A stretch of DNA of 64,000 bases from Candidatus Bathyarchaeota archaeon (lineage in GTDB: Archaea; Thermoproteota; Bathyarchaeia; 40CM-2-53-6), in contig CAVTBR010000003.1 of assembly GCA_963733055.1 (NCBI GenBank), positions 704,001-768,000 on the forward strand. The letters are read 5' to 3'. Each line of letters opens with the position of its first letter. Positions within the stretch are counted from its first letter, which is position 1. This document shows positions 9,206-18,551 of the stretch, in pieces. A program made the position numbers and the translations under genes. Under the pieces are notes generated by a model, which saw only the letters and a program-made list of their open reading frames with translations, ran no database searches and was not told where the DNA came from.

Positions 9206-10278
9206 ACCGCGACCACCTCCAACCTCCTTAGTTTGCTCTCTATCTCTGCTTCAGTCGGTACGAGACCTCCCCATTTTCCTAGAAAATCAACAGTAACATC
9301 GCTGCCAACCGCGAGCTTCACATCCTCAATCATTTGTCCTGTATTCAGCTCGACGACTAGGAATCGTTTACCTTCTGACGCAAGTTTCTTGAGTTGTAAT
9401 TTGGGAAATGGCCACAGGGTTATCGGCCGGAAGAGTCCGACTCTCATCCCTTTGGAGCGCAGCTTGTTAACTACGCCTTTCGCTATTCGGGAGACGATTC
9501 CGAAGGCCACGATGACCGTCTCGGCGTCTTCAGTTCGGTATTCTTCGAACATGACATCGTTTGCTTCGGCGTTTCTGTATTTCTCGAAGATTCTTCCAAT
9601 GTGTTTGAAGTGCTTCTGCTGGTCGAGTTCTAGCGAATTGAGAATGTGAGGCGCTCTATCCTTTGCGCCCGTGGTTGCCCAGGATGACACGTCATACTGT
9701 TCGGGCGTGAATTCCGGGAATTCTACATCTTCCTTAAGCTGTCCAGTAAATGCATCGCTGAGGATTAGGACTGGGTTTCTGTACTTGAAAGCCAGATCGA
9801 ACCCGACTCTCGGCAGGATAGCCATTTCCTGGACCGTTGCGGGTGCAAGAACGAGTAGGTGGTAGGTCCCGTGACCACCACCCTTGGTTGACTGGAAATA
9901 GTCACTCTGTTCCGGGCCGAGGTTTCCTAACCCCGGTCCCGCTCTGCATATGTCAGCTACTAAGAATGGGAGTTCCATGCATGCTGCATATGAGAGACCT
10001 TCCTGCTTCAAACTGAAACCTGGGCTCGATGTCGCGGTCATTGCCCGGGCACCGCCTGAGGCGGCGCCGATTACCATGTTAATTGCTTCGAGTTCGCTTG
10101 CGGCCTGGAGGAAGAATTTGTACTCTGGATACTTGTTGCCGCCAAATTCTTTCGCCAGTGTTTCCGGGATTTCGCTTGAGGGCGTGATCGGATACCCGAA
10201 GTAGGCGTTGAGTCCTGCTTCCAATGCGCCGTATGCGAGGGCTTCGTTTCCTTTCAAGTAAACTCGTTTCTTGGCCAT
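9202..10278 (-). CDS. 2-oxoacid:ferredoxin oxidoreductase alpha subunit (2-ketoisovalerate/VorB type)
   Basis: KGNEALA, GYPITPSSE, TSSPGFSLKQE, RAGPGLGNL, QSDYFQSTKGGGHG. Confidence 0.95.
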   Translation of the reverse strand: MAKKRVYLKGNEALAYGALEAGLNAYFGYPITPSSEIPETLAKEFGGNKYPEYKFFLQAASELEAINMVIGAASGGARAMTATSSPGFSLKQEGLSYAACMELPFLVADICRAGPGLGNLGPEQSDYFQSTKGGGHGTYHLLVLAPATVQEMAILPRVGFDLAFKYRNPVLILSDAFTGQLKEDVEFPEFTPEQYDVSSWATTGAKDRAPHILNSLELDQQKHFKHIGRIFEKYRNAEANDVMFEEYRTEDAETVIVAFGIVSRIAKGVVNKLRSKGMRVGLFRPITLWPFPKLQLKKLASEGKRFLVVELNTGQMIEDVKLAVGSDVTVDFLGKWGGLVPTEAEIESKLRRLEVVAV

Positions 10279-10530
10279 CTATGCTTTCACCTGGATTTCG
10301 CTGATGGCAAAGTCTGGGCAGACCCAGTAGCAGATTGCGCAACCGGTGCACTCTCCCCTTGTTCCCCGATAAGAGAACTCGACTGGGTGGAAGCCAGCAT
10401 GGTTCAGCTTTGTTGAAAATTTCAAGTTACCTTGTGGGCATGTAACGACACAGAGCTCGCACGCTTTGCATCGCTCTTCAAGAATCTTAACGTCGGCTCT
10501 AGGTTGAAGCACGGTTGTTACCTGGCTCAA
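10279..10530 (-). CDS. 2x[4Fe-4S] ferredoxin (delta subunit)
   Basis: CKACELCVVTCP and CTGCAICYWVCP. Confidence 0.93.
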   Translation of the reverse strand: MSQVTTVLQPRADVKILEERCKACELCVVTCPQGNLKFSTKLNHAGFHPVEFSYRGTRGECTGCAICYWVCPDFAISEIQVKA

Positions 10531-10958
10531 ACTTCTAAAACCTCTTTCTTCTCGACAAAACTCTCCAAGAGGTAACGCAGCATGGCGTAATGTTGTTCCT
10601 CATCCAACGCTAACATTGTCAGCAGGGTCTTCAGGTGCGGATCCCGAACCTGAGATGAGGCGGACGTGAACAGTCGCAAGGCCTTCTCCTCCATGTCCAT
10701 GAGCTCAAGAATATCCTTCCGAGTTTCACCAATTGGGGCGAGTGCTTCCCATTTGTCGCTCGCTAGGTAGCTGAGGGCGCAGCGGATGACGTCCGCGTGC
10801 TGCATCGAGTCCCGCATCAATTTGGCGTAGAGAAGTTTTGCAACACTGTGTTTGGTTTCTCTTACCTTTCGGGCGTAGACTTCGGTCTCGTGTTCTTCAT
10901 GATCGAGCTGACCTTTTAGCAAGTCCCCGAGTTTTTGGTTCAGCATAATCCCGACCAC
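10527..10958 (-). CDS. ferritin-like/rubrerythrin-like protein
   Basis: DSMQHAD and DEEQHY motifs in a predicted four-helix pattern; first gene of the oxidoreductase operon. Confidence 0.75.
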   Translation of the reverse strand: MVGIMLNQKLGDLLKGQLDHEEHETEVYARKVRETKHSVAKLLYAKLMRDSMQHADVIRCALSYLASDKWEALAPIGETRKDILELMDMEEKALRLFTSASSQVRDPHLKTLLTMLALDEEQHYAMLRYLLESFVEKKEVLEV

Positions 10959-11135
10959 GAGAAAATGGCGGGGTAATTACAATTAGAAGTTCTGCTGCTA
11001 TTCTATATATTATACTGAGACGTCCGTGGACATAGCTGAATACATCACAGGGTTCCTGCAGGAGATATGCGAACCAAAAAGCATCCCCATTTCTAAACCT
11101 CCTATCCGCTTCAGTAACTCGGAAGACATACTGAA

Positions 11136-12350
11136 CTATCGTGAAGGCGGCGCTCGAGGGTCCTTAAGCATTAGCGCCACCAGTAATGTCAGTGCGGCAG
11201 GTATCATGGCGTTCAACGCAACAGCTCTTCCTACTCCTATGACGAAAAGAGATGCCGTGATTATTGGCGAAATGACGGTGGCCACTGACTGGGATGTCGT
11301 CGTGAGCCCGAGGGCGGTCCCGGTCCTGCCCTTGCAGGTATCAACCATTAGCGCTTGCATAATTGGGAAGATTGCGCCGCTGAAGAAGCCCATCATAATG
11401 GCAACCAACAGATCAAGGATCAGATTTGAGGTTGCGAAAAAAAGCGCATACGACAATATCACGGCAAGGGAAATTGAAGCCAACAATCTGTTCCTACGCC
11501 AAAGATCCGACGCTCCACCTAGGACAAGTTTACCGATTCCTCCCGAAATGAAAACTACTGCCGCGAAGAGGGCGGAGGACAATATCCCAAAATGCATGAC
11601 TTTAAAGAAATAGTAGGGCAAAAACACCACTTGCCAAACGGAAGCCCAGGTCGCCAAAAGCGCAAAGGCCATCATGAGAATTACGTTCCTTTGTCTGAGA
11701 AGCTTCAAGGCGTCGCTGCCCAGTCTTATCCGTGCAGAATCATTACCAGACGAGGAAAATTTGCTTTTCAGCCCGACTACACCAGCGATTACTAAGAGAC
11801 CTAGCGACGGCGCAGCGAAGAAGGCAGTTCGCCAGCTTCCTGAAAGAGCGTAGGCGAGGCCTCCCAATGAGAGACCGGCAACGCTTCCCGCATCAAAACC
11901 AATATAGAATATGCCCAAAGCCAGTCCCTTGCGCTCCTTGAAATATGATGCAACCGCAGCCATAGCAACGGGCCAGAAGATTCCCTCACCGAAGCCGCTC
12001 ACGAGGCGAAAGACAAACGCTTCGAAGAAACTCGACGCCAGTCCTATCAGCCCTGTGAACAGCGTGAACACCACTAGACCGACGATCAAGACGGACCTTC
12101 TTCCATACCTGTCCGACAGGTGACCTGCAAGGAAAACGAAACACAGAACACCAATGTATTGAGCTGAACCGAGGAGACCGATTCCGTAGTTCGTCAACTG
12201 AAGATCCGGAATCATCAGCGCCAACACGGACGCGAGGACAGTTCGGTCAGCGGCGTAAACGGCGTAACCGACGGTCATGATCAGTAGGAATAGAATTGAG
12301 GACCAGCGGTAGTTGAGCCATTTGGCTCGAAAGGCGAGTATTCGAGACAA
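11136..12350 (-). CDS. MFS transporter
   Basis: AGHLSDRYGRR motif A, about 12 TM segments; start placed at TTG 12350 to avoid overlap with the upstream gene. Confidence 0.9.
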   Translation of the reverse strand: MSRILAFRAKWLNYRWSSILFLLIMTVGYAVYAADRTVLASVLALMIPDLQLTNYGIGLLGSAQYIGVLCFVFLAGHLSDRYGRRSVLIVGLVVFTLFTGLIGLASSFFEAFVFRLVSGFGEGIFWPVAMAAVASYFKERKGLALGIFYIGFDAGSVAGLSLGGLAYALSGSWRTAFFAAPSLGLLVIAGVVGLKSKFSSSGNDSARIRLGSDALKLLRQRNVILMMAFALLATWASVWQVVFLPYYFFKVMHFGILSSALFAAVVFISGGIGKLVLGGASDLWRRNRLLASISLAVILSYALFFATSNLILDLLVAIMMGFFSGAIFPIMQALMVDTCKGRTGTALGLTTTSQSVATVISPIITASLFVIGVGRAVALNAMIPAALTLLVALMLKDPRAPPSR

Positions 12351-12369
12351 ATCGGCTGCTCTCTTTTGC

Positions 12370-13155
12370 CTAGGTTGGAACGGGTATGGCATTTGCCATA
12401 GCCATATCCGATAGGGTGTACTTTCTGAGGTTCGCAACCTGGGTTGGCGTTAGGATCGTACATGCGAAACCCCAATGAAACGAAATCCAGTCTCCCTTCT
12501 TCGCTCCAGCTACGAAACTCTTCCCCTGAACTTGCGCAAGAACCTTCGTCATCGTCGGCTTTCCCAAATTCAATACGCCGTTTACCCGCTGCAAAGGCTC
12601 ATAATCGACAACCAGATTACCGCTCTCATCCGCCTCCAGAACTCTCCCCCATGAGATACGGCATTTGTCCATCAAGCCCCCAACCGCCTCGTCCTTCCCC
12701 GCACCGCTCGCGAGGGCTTCGGGAGCAGTCCCCATTGTGGAGAATGAGTTGAACACGTGAAGGGCGTGGTGAGGAAATGGAGCGAAAGTTTTGGTTTCAA
12801 AGAATTTCTTGATATGTTCTTTGGGGAATTTTGACTTGAATCTGGCTGCGAGATGGTCGTAGAAGTCTCCGGGGGAGATCTTCTGAAGATAATCGTTGCC
12901 GATCCAATACGCCTCCGCGGCCCTGTAATCTAGGGGATCCTGGGCTCCGAGTGATTCGGCTATGAATCGGATGTATGGGTAAGCGGCTTTGAAGCCCCTG
13001 AGGGCGTCGATCAGTTGCTCGTTGCGCGTGTTGCTCAGGCAGGAATCGAATAATACGTCATTTTCGTCTGGGCCGCAGTAGCCAAGACGATTGGGCATGA
13101 AGCTGTGCCGCGCCGCCAGAATTGCGCCATCCATCAGATTGGGTCTCGTCTGCAA
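12370..13155 (-). CDS. DUF6390-like protein (hyp-associated) with HypC-like C-terminus
   Basis: RHSFMPNRLGYCGP, EAYWIGN, PHHALHV, DKCRISWG, GDWISFHWGFAC. Confidence 0.75.
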   Translation of the reverse strand: MQTRPNLMDGAILAARHSFMPNRLGYCGPDENDVLFDSCLSNTRNEQLIDALRGFKAAYPYIRFIAESLGAQDPLDYRAAEAYWIGNDYLQKISPGDFYDHLAARFKSKFPKEHIKKFFETKTFAPFPHHALHVFNSFSTMGTAPEALASGAGKDEAVGGLMDKCRISWGRVLEADESGNLVVDYEPLQRVNGVLNLGKPTMTKVLAQVQGKSFVAGAKKGDWISFHWGFACTILTPTQVANLRKYTLSDMAMANAIPVPT

Positions 13156-13160
13156 ATCTG

Positions 13161-13394
13161 CTATGACTCCTCCGAGTCAATACCCCGAATCATCTTCCAC
13201 AAATCCAAGGTCTCCAATGCCTCTTTCTTGGAGAGCACCTTGATGGCAAAACCACCTTGCACGAGAACGTAACTGCCGAGATTCGGCTTTACAAGAGAGA
13301 CGTTGACATTGTCTCTGATTCCATCCTGGCCATAGTCCACTGAGGCAAATTCCCCAGTTATCGCCACTACTTTTCCAGGATAAGTGAGGCACAA
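13161..13394 (-). CDS. hypC: hydrogenase maturation chaperone HypC
   Basis: MCLTYPGKVV N-terminus, GSYVLVQGGFAI, EALETL. Confidence 0.88.
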   Translation of the reverse strand: MCLTYPGKVVAITGEFASVDYGQDGIRDNVNVSLVKPNLGSYVLVQGGFAIKVLSKKEALETLDLWKMIRGIDSEES

Positions 13395-13555
13395 GGCCAA
13401 CCGCTGATGGAAAAATCTGTAGGCGACCTATATGTCTGTAATGCCAATTCCCAAAGGTGAATTCGGTAGCCGTTGTCACAAGGCTTCTGATTGTGAGAAT
13501 TCAATAGGTACTTTCTTAACCCGTAGCTCTCAGAGCAACAACAGATGGAAATGCC

Positions 13556-14245
13556 TTGGCAAAACCAGTCGAAGTAGTGACCTCCGCAGAAGGGGAGGTT
13601 TTCGATGTGGAACTCGAAGTCAGCATACTCAGAGAAAATGATCGATTAGCGAAAGAGAACCGGAGCAGATTGGATGCGAAGGGGGTTCACGCGGTAGATG
13701 TTATGGGCTCCGTTGGTTCGGGTAAAACTTCCCTGATTAAGTCGATGATTTCCCGACTCAAGAAAGACCTACGAATTGCCGTCATTGAGGGCGATGTCAC
13801 GACCACGATTGACTCGGACATTATCTCCTCAGAAGGTATACCCACGGTTCAAGTCAACACGGGTAAAGAATGCCACCTTGATGCGAACCTTATTCGAAAA
13901 GCGTTGAATAAAATCCCCCTTGATACGCTTGACTTGATCTTCATTGAGAACGTTGGAAATCTCATCTGCCCGGCTGAGTTTCCGTTGGGGTCGGACAGGC
14001 GGCTAGTGGTCATTAGTGTAACTGAGGGCCCCTACATGGTCCTTAAACATCCGATGATGTTCCGGGACGCAGCAGTGGTTGCGATCAACAAGATCGACGT
14101 TGCGGCAGCTATGGGCGTCGACCCAGACAAACTCAGCTCTGATGTCGCTCACATCAACCCTCGAGCGGCCACGGTTCACACAAGCTGCAGGAACGGGACG
14201 GGCATTGCTGAGGTTATTGAGAAGCTTGGGCTGAAGAATAGGTAG
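13556..14245 (+). CDS. hypB: hydrogenase nickel incorporation protein HypB
   Basis: GSVGSGKTSL, TGKECHLDA, ENVGNLICPAEFPLG, NKID. Confidence 0.96.
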   Translation: MAKPVEVVTSAEGEVFDVELEVSILRENDRLAKENRSRLDAKGVHAVDVMGSVGSGKTSLIKSMISRLKKDLRIAVIEGDVTTTIDSDIISSEGIPTVQVNTGKECHLDANLIRKALNKIPLDTLDLIFIENVGNLICPAEFPLGSDRRLVVISVTEGPYMVLKHPMMFRDAAVVAINKIDVAAAMGVDPDKLSSDVAHINPRAATVHTSCRNGTGIAEVIEKLGLKNR

Positions 14246-14248
14246 AGG

Positions 14249-14665
14249 GTGCTTCACGTGCATGAGCTTGCGATTGCAACTTCACTGACTGAGGCACTTT
14301 TAGAACTGGTCAAGGAACGCTCTGCAAGTAAGGTCTTGGAGGTTCAGCTAAAGGTTGGGAAGCTTCGGGTTCTATCGATCGAGCAACTGAAGTTCTCCTA
14401 TGAGATACTGTCCAAAGGCACGGCATTAGAAGGATCGACCTTGAATGTTGAAGAGACGCCGGGATTTGCGAGATGCACAAACTGTAACTATGCTGAAAAA
14501 CTTGAAACTGACGATCTCTCATTCCACTTTAGCTTACCACAAATGACCTGCCCTCGATGTGGGGTGAATTTGATCCTAGAAGGGGGAGATGAATGCCTCA
14601 TAACGAGAGTTCGCATGGTAGCTCCATCAGCCAGCTCTGTGATGTCGATGAATGGGCACGACTAG
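14249..14665 (+). CDS. hypA: hydrogenase nickel metallochaperone HypA
   Basis: (M/V)HELAIA start, CTNC and CPRC zinc motifs. Confidence 0.94.
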   Translation: MLHVHELAIATSLTEALLELVKERSASKVLEVQLKVGKLRVLSIEQLKFSYEILSKGTALEGSTLNVEETPGFARCTNCNYAEKLETDDLSFHFSLPQMTCPRCGVNLILEGGDECLITRVRMVAPSASSVMSMNGHD

Positions 14666-14787
14666 TCGAACAAGTATTCGACAATGCAGATAGTTCTCTA
14701 TATAGAATCACGGCGAAATATATAACAGCGCAGGAGGACGACCCTCCACAAGAATGACGAGCCAGAAATAACTACAATGAAGCTTGA

Positions 14788-15891
14788 GTGAAGGATTTGG
14801 AAATCAGAAAGGTACAACGTGTCGGCCACTCAACCCTAACGGTTTCCTTGCCCCGGGATTGGGTAAGGCAAGTTGGTCTCAGACGGGGCGGTGTCGTTAC
14901 ACTTCGACTTTCCGAGTTCGGAGAGTTAGTCGTCACTCCAGGCAGCGAGATGGAGTCCGACGAAATGACCGTTTGCAAGATCAATGCCGACGCTTGCAAG
15001 GACAGCGAACTTCTCGCCAGAATGATTACAGGCAACTACATCCTGGGACGCGACACGACCATCATTTCCTCCACTACGGATCTAACTGCTGAACAAATCA
15101 ACGCCATCCGCAACTCAACAAGACGCCTAAGCGGATTAGGTATCGTCGAACAGACTCCTAAGGAGACAGTAATCCAATGCTTCCTCGACCCGTCAAAGTT
15201 CCCCATCACAGGCCTCCTCTCACGACTTCACAAGGTCGCCGTTTCAATGCTGGAGACAGCACTACAAGCATTGATGGAACGCAAGTTCTCCCTCGCGCTA
15301 GAGGTTCTGGAGCTTGAAAACGAAGCAGACAGATTATATTGGCTGATACTACGCCAGATCTTCCGCGCGATCTCAAGGATTCCATTGTCACGACATGTCG
15401 GTATTGAGTCCGCCACACATGCCGTCGGTTACAGAGCTGTCTCAAAATACCTAGAGGAGACAGCCGACTGCAGCGAGTCAATGGCCAACCACATATTAAC
15501 CATCGCTGAAGAGAGATACACTGAATATGTTTCAATTATTGATGCAGTGTGTAAGTTCGGAGTCGAAACACTTGCGACCTCGAATGGTGCGATGAACTCC
15601 TTCAGCCTGTTGGATGTAGAACTCGCAAATCGTACCATTGAACAATCCAAGAGACTAGAAGAGGAACAGAAGAAACTCATTGACCTGGTTATCTCATCCG
15701 TGCAGGATCGGAAGCTCTGCCTTGTGCTCAGAGGAATAGTTTGGGACCTCGCTCGAATCTCCCACCTATCACAAATGGTCTCTGAAGTAGCTTTGAACCG
15801 ATATCTTGAAAGCAACACTGAAGTCTCTCAATTCTGGAAAGAGCGCAAGAGCGGGGGAGACATTCAATACCTGAAGAAGATAGCAACCTAA
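14788..15891 (+). CDS. AbrB-PhoU family regulator (paralog 2)
   Basis: RKVQRVGHSTLTVSLPRDW plus PhoU repeats; clear paralog of 4725-5789. Confidence 0.9.
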   Translation: MKDLEIRKVQRVGHSTLTVSLPRDWVRQVGLRRGGVVTLRLSEFGELVVTPGSEMESDEMTVCKINADACKDSELLARMITGNYILGRDTTIISSTTDLTAEQINAIRNSTRRLSGLGIVEQTPKETVIQCFLDPSKFPITGLLSRLHKVAVSMLETALQALMERKFSLALEVLELENEADRLYWLILRQIFRAISRIPLSRHVGIESATHAVGYRAVSKYLEETADCSESMANHILTIAEERYTEYVSIIDAVCKFGVETLATSNGAMNSFSLLDVELANRTIEQSKRLEEEQKKLIDLVISSVQDRKLCLVLRGIVWDLARISHLSQMVSEVALNRYLESNTEVSQFWKERKSGGDIQYLKKIAT

Positions 15892-17345
15892 ACTCGTTTT
15901 TTGACCCAAAATCATTAGCAGTCATCGGCGCCTCCGCAACCCCGAGCAGAATAGGGTATGCAATTGCGGAGAACATGGTCACAAACCGAAACAGGGGCAT
16001 CTTCAAAGGCCATGTCCACCTAGTCAACCCAAAGCATCATGAGATCATAGGCGAGAAATGCTATCCCACCCTATCAGCGGTACCTGACAAGGTTGAAACA
16101 ATTGTAGTTGCCATTCCCGCTCCCGGTGTGCCTGCAGCAATTGAGGAAGCGGGACAATGCGGCGCCAAAGCAGCGATCGTAATATCCTCAGGATTCGCGG
16201 AGGTCGGATATAGAGACCTAGAAGAGGAACTCGTGAAGGCGGCAAGGAAATACGATTTGCGAGTAATAGGCCCGAACTGCCTCGGAATATACGACGCATA
16301 CACGGGAATGGATACCCTCTTCCTCCCGGAACACAAGTTCCTCTCTGACGGCCGCGAAGTCGTCGCCACTCCTCGCCCAAGACGAGGGTCGGTCTCGTTT
16401 CTCACCCAAAGCGGAGCTTTCGGAGCGGCGGCTCTGGATTACATGGCCGGACATGCCATGGGAATTAGAGGGTTCGTGAGTTATGGAAACAGATGTGACG
16501 TAACCGAAGATGAACTTCTTGCCTACTTCGGGAATGACGCTCAAACGAAAGCGATTCTAATGTATGTTGAAGGGCTCGCGCGTGCAAGAGATTTTCTCTT
16601 CACAGCTAAGGAGACATCGAAAAAGAAACCTATCGTAGCCCTGAAAGCAGGAAAGACCGAAGCGGGCACAAGAGCAACGGCGTCTCACACCGCCGCTCTC
16701 GCCGGGATGGACCAGATTTACGACGGCGCGTTCAAGCAAGCCGGGATTATTCGAGTACGAAATGTTGAGGAGCTTTTCGACTTCGGCCGCACGTTGGCTC
16801 TACAACCCCCAACCTACACGAAAAACATGGCAGTCATAACGAACGCCGGCGGGCCTGGGATAATCGCGACCGACGCCTTAGAAGAATCGGGACTCATCGT
16901 GCAGAAATTCCCGGAACGCATCATGGCAAAATTCTCTGAGTACAAAGAGAAGAAGCTACTCCTCTCAGTTCAATCAGGTTTCAACCCAATCGATCTCTCA
17001 GCAGAAGCCACGAGCGATATGTTCGCCTTAGTAGTATCGACTATTCTGGAAGATCCGGAAATTGGAGGACTAGTAGCCATATGCCTACACCACGCACCAA
17101 CCATACTCGACGACGTGCCCGAGAAACTTGCGAAGATAATCCCGAAATATGGAAAACCTGTAATGGTGTGCGACATGGGGGCGACGGAAATGGCGCAAAC
17201 GATGAGAATGTCGTTTGAGAAACATGGCCTTCCGGCATACTCGGTACCGGAAAGAGCCGCACGCACGCTCTGGGCTCTTAGCTACTATGGAACTTATTTG
17301 TTGGAGCATGGTGTCGTAGGGAAACGAGAAGAGATTACCGCTTAG
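15867..17345 (+). CDS. acdA: ADP-forming acyl-CoA synthetase alpha subunit
   Basis: Frame extends upstream of 15975 with FFDPKSLAVIGAS; GPNCLG, QSGAFG, ASHTAALAG, TNAGGPG, NPIDL; start uncertain (ATA at 15867). Confidence 0.92.
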   Translation: MPEEDSNLNSFFDPKSLAVIGASATPSRIGYAIAENMVTNRNRGIFKGHVHLVNPKHHEIIGEKCYPTLSAVPDKVETIVVAIPAPGVPAAIEEAGQCGAKAAIVISSGFAEVGYRDLEEELVKAARKYDLRVIGPNCLGIYDAYTGMDTLFLPEHKFLSDGREVVATPRPRRGSVSFLTQSGAFGAAALDYMAGHAMGIRGFVSYGNRCDVTEDELLAYFGNDAQTKAILMYVEGLARARDFLFTAKETSKKKPIVALKAGKTEAGTRATASHTAALAGMDQIYDGAFKQAGIIRVRNVEELFDFGRTLALQPPTYTKNMAVITNAGGPGIIATDALEESGLIVQKFPERIMAKFSEYKEKKLLLSVQSGFNPIDLSAEATSDMFALVVSTILEDPEIGGLVAICLHHAPTILDDVPEKLAKIIPKYGKPVMVCDMGATEMAQTMRMSFEKHGLPAYSVPERAARTLWALSYYGTYLLEHGVVGKREEITA

Positions 17346-17359
17346 GAAGATTCACCCTC

Positions 17360-18517
17360 TTGCCCGTTGCTGCGTTACCGAAATATGTCGACGAACTAAA
17401 AATACGGCCGCTCGACAATCTGGTTACGCCGCTCGTCGAGTCCCCTCCAGATGTCACATTATCCAAAATCCTAGGGATGATGCAAGATCGGGCAGTCTAC
17501 GAAGTCTTCTTCCCCGAAGGCACTAGATGCGGCATGATTTCAGAGAGAGAAGTCCTCAAGGCGCCAAGTATCGAGGCGACAAAAATCTCAGCCTTGGTTG
17601 TGTACGTACCCGTTCTCAAGAAAGAGGCAACAGTCGGGGAGGTCGCCAGATTGATGGCGGACTATAGAGTTAGAGCAGCGCCAATCTCAGACGGTCGGAA
17701 GATCATCGGCCAAGTAAACTGCACGACCCTTCTGCACGAACTAAAAGGAAGAATTGGGGGAGACCTCAAAATTACCTCAATAGCTACGGAAAACCCAATC
17801 ACGATCGAAGAGGACGATTCAGCCGCAAAGGCGAAGGATCTTCTGGTAAGAAAACGCATTGATCATTTGCCCGTAATCAAGGAGAAACGAGTCGTAGGAC
17901 TGCTTACCTCATCCCACATCGTTTCCAGATTGAGATCGCCCGAGCGTGTCGGTAGCAAGTCCATTAGGCCCGACACAAGACACAGTTTGGGCTTTCGTTC
18001 TGGAGATGCCATGGACCCTACTCCGCTCACGTGTCCCCCAGACACCACCGCAGAACACGCACTCGAATCCATCCTCAAGGCCGCCAAGACGTGCACATTG
18101 GTCACCCAATGGGAAGAACTCCAAGCAATATCCACTCAGCGAGACTTCATGACCCTGCTAGCCGAAATCGAACCCGCCCCCGAGTTCCCGATATTCATCG
18201 TCGGCCTACCCGAAGACCCATTCGAAGCCGAAGCTACTAAGACGAAGTTCAAACGGGTAGTCAATCAACTACACAAGGTCTTTCCAGATATTCTCGAAGC
18301 GAGGTCGGTCATAAAATCAAAATTCAAAGCTGGAAGAGAAAGAGGCCGTTATGAAGTTACGGTTCAGATCCGAACTCCCGTAGATTCTTTCAGCTACTCT
18401 GATGAAGGCTGGGAACTCGCCGCGCTATACGACCTTATAACGGACAGGCTTAAACGCCTGATGACCCACAAGCAGAAACCGCGGCGAACTCGTCAGAGGG
18501 AAAACCCAGAAGCCTAA
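17360..18517 (+). CDS. four-CBS-domain protein with C-terminal HPF/RaiA-like domain (candidate ribosome hibernation factor)
   Basis: CBS repeats (RAAPIS..GQV, IDHLPV..VVGLLT); C-terminal IFIVGL...YEVTVQIRTP...SDEGWEL..LYDLITDRLKR pattern. Confidence 0.75.
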   Translation: MPVAALPKYVDELKIRPLDNLVTPLVESPPDVTLSKILGMMQDRAVYEVFFPEGTRCGMISEREVLKAPSIEATKISALVVYVPVLKKEATVGEVARLMADYRVRAAPISDGRKIIGQVNCTTLLHELKGRIGGDLKITSIATENPITIEEDDSAAKAKDLLVRKRIDHLPVIKEKRVVGLLTSSHIVSRLRSPERVGSKSIRPDTRHSLGFRSGDAMDPTPLTCPPDTTAEHALESILKAAKTCTLVTQWEELQAISTQRDFMTLLAEIEPAPEFPIFIVGLPEDPFEAEATKTKFKRVVNQLHKVFPDILEARSVIKSKFKAGRERGRYEVTVQIRTPVDSFSYSDEGWELAALYDLITDRLKRLMTHKQKPRRTRQRENPEA

Positions 18518-18551
18518 TCAAGAATCGCAAAAACTCTGGAGACACGACCAC

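Noticed and set aside
11026-11613. 195-aa plus-strand ORF and many similar 60-150 aa ORFs in the track
   Set aside because: They are antisense or off-frame shadows of well-supported genes and have no recognisable motifs.
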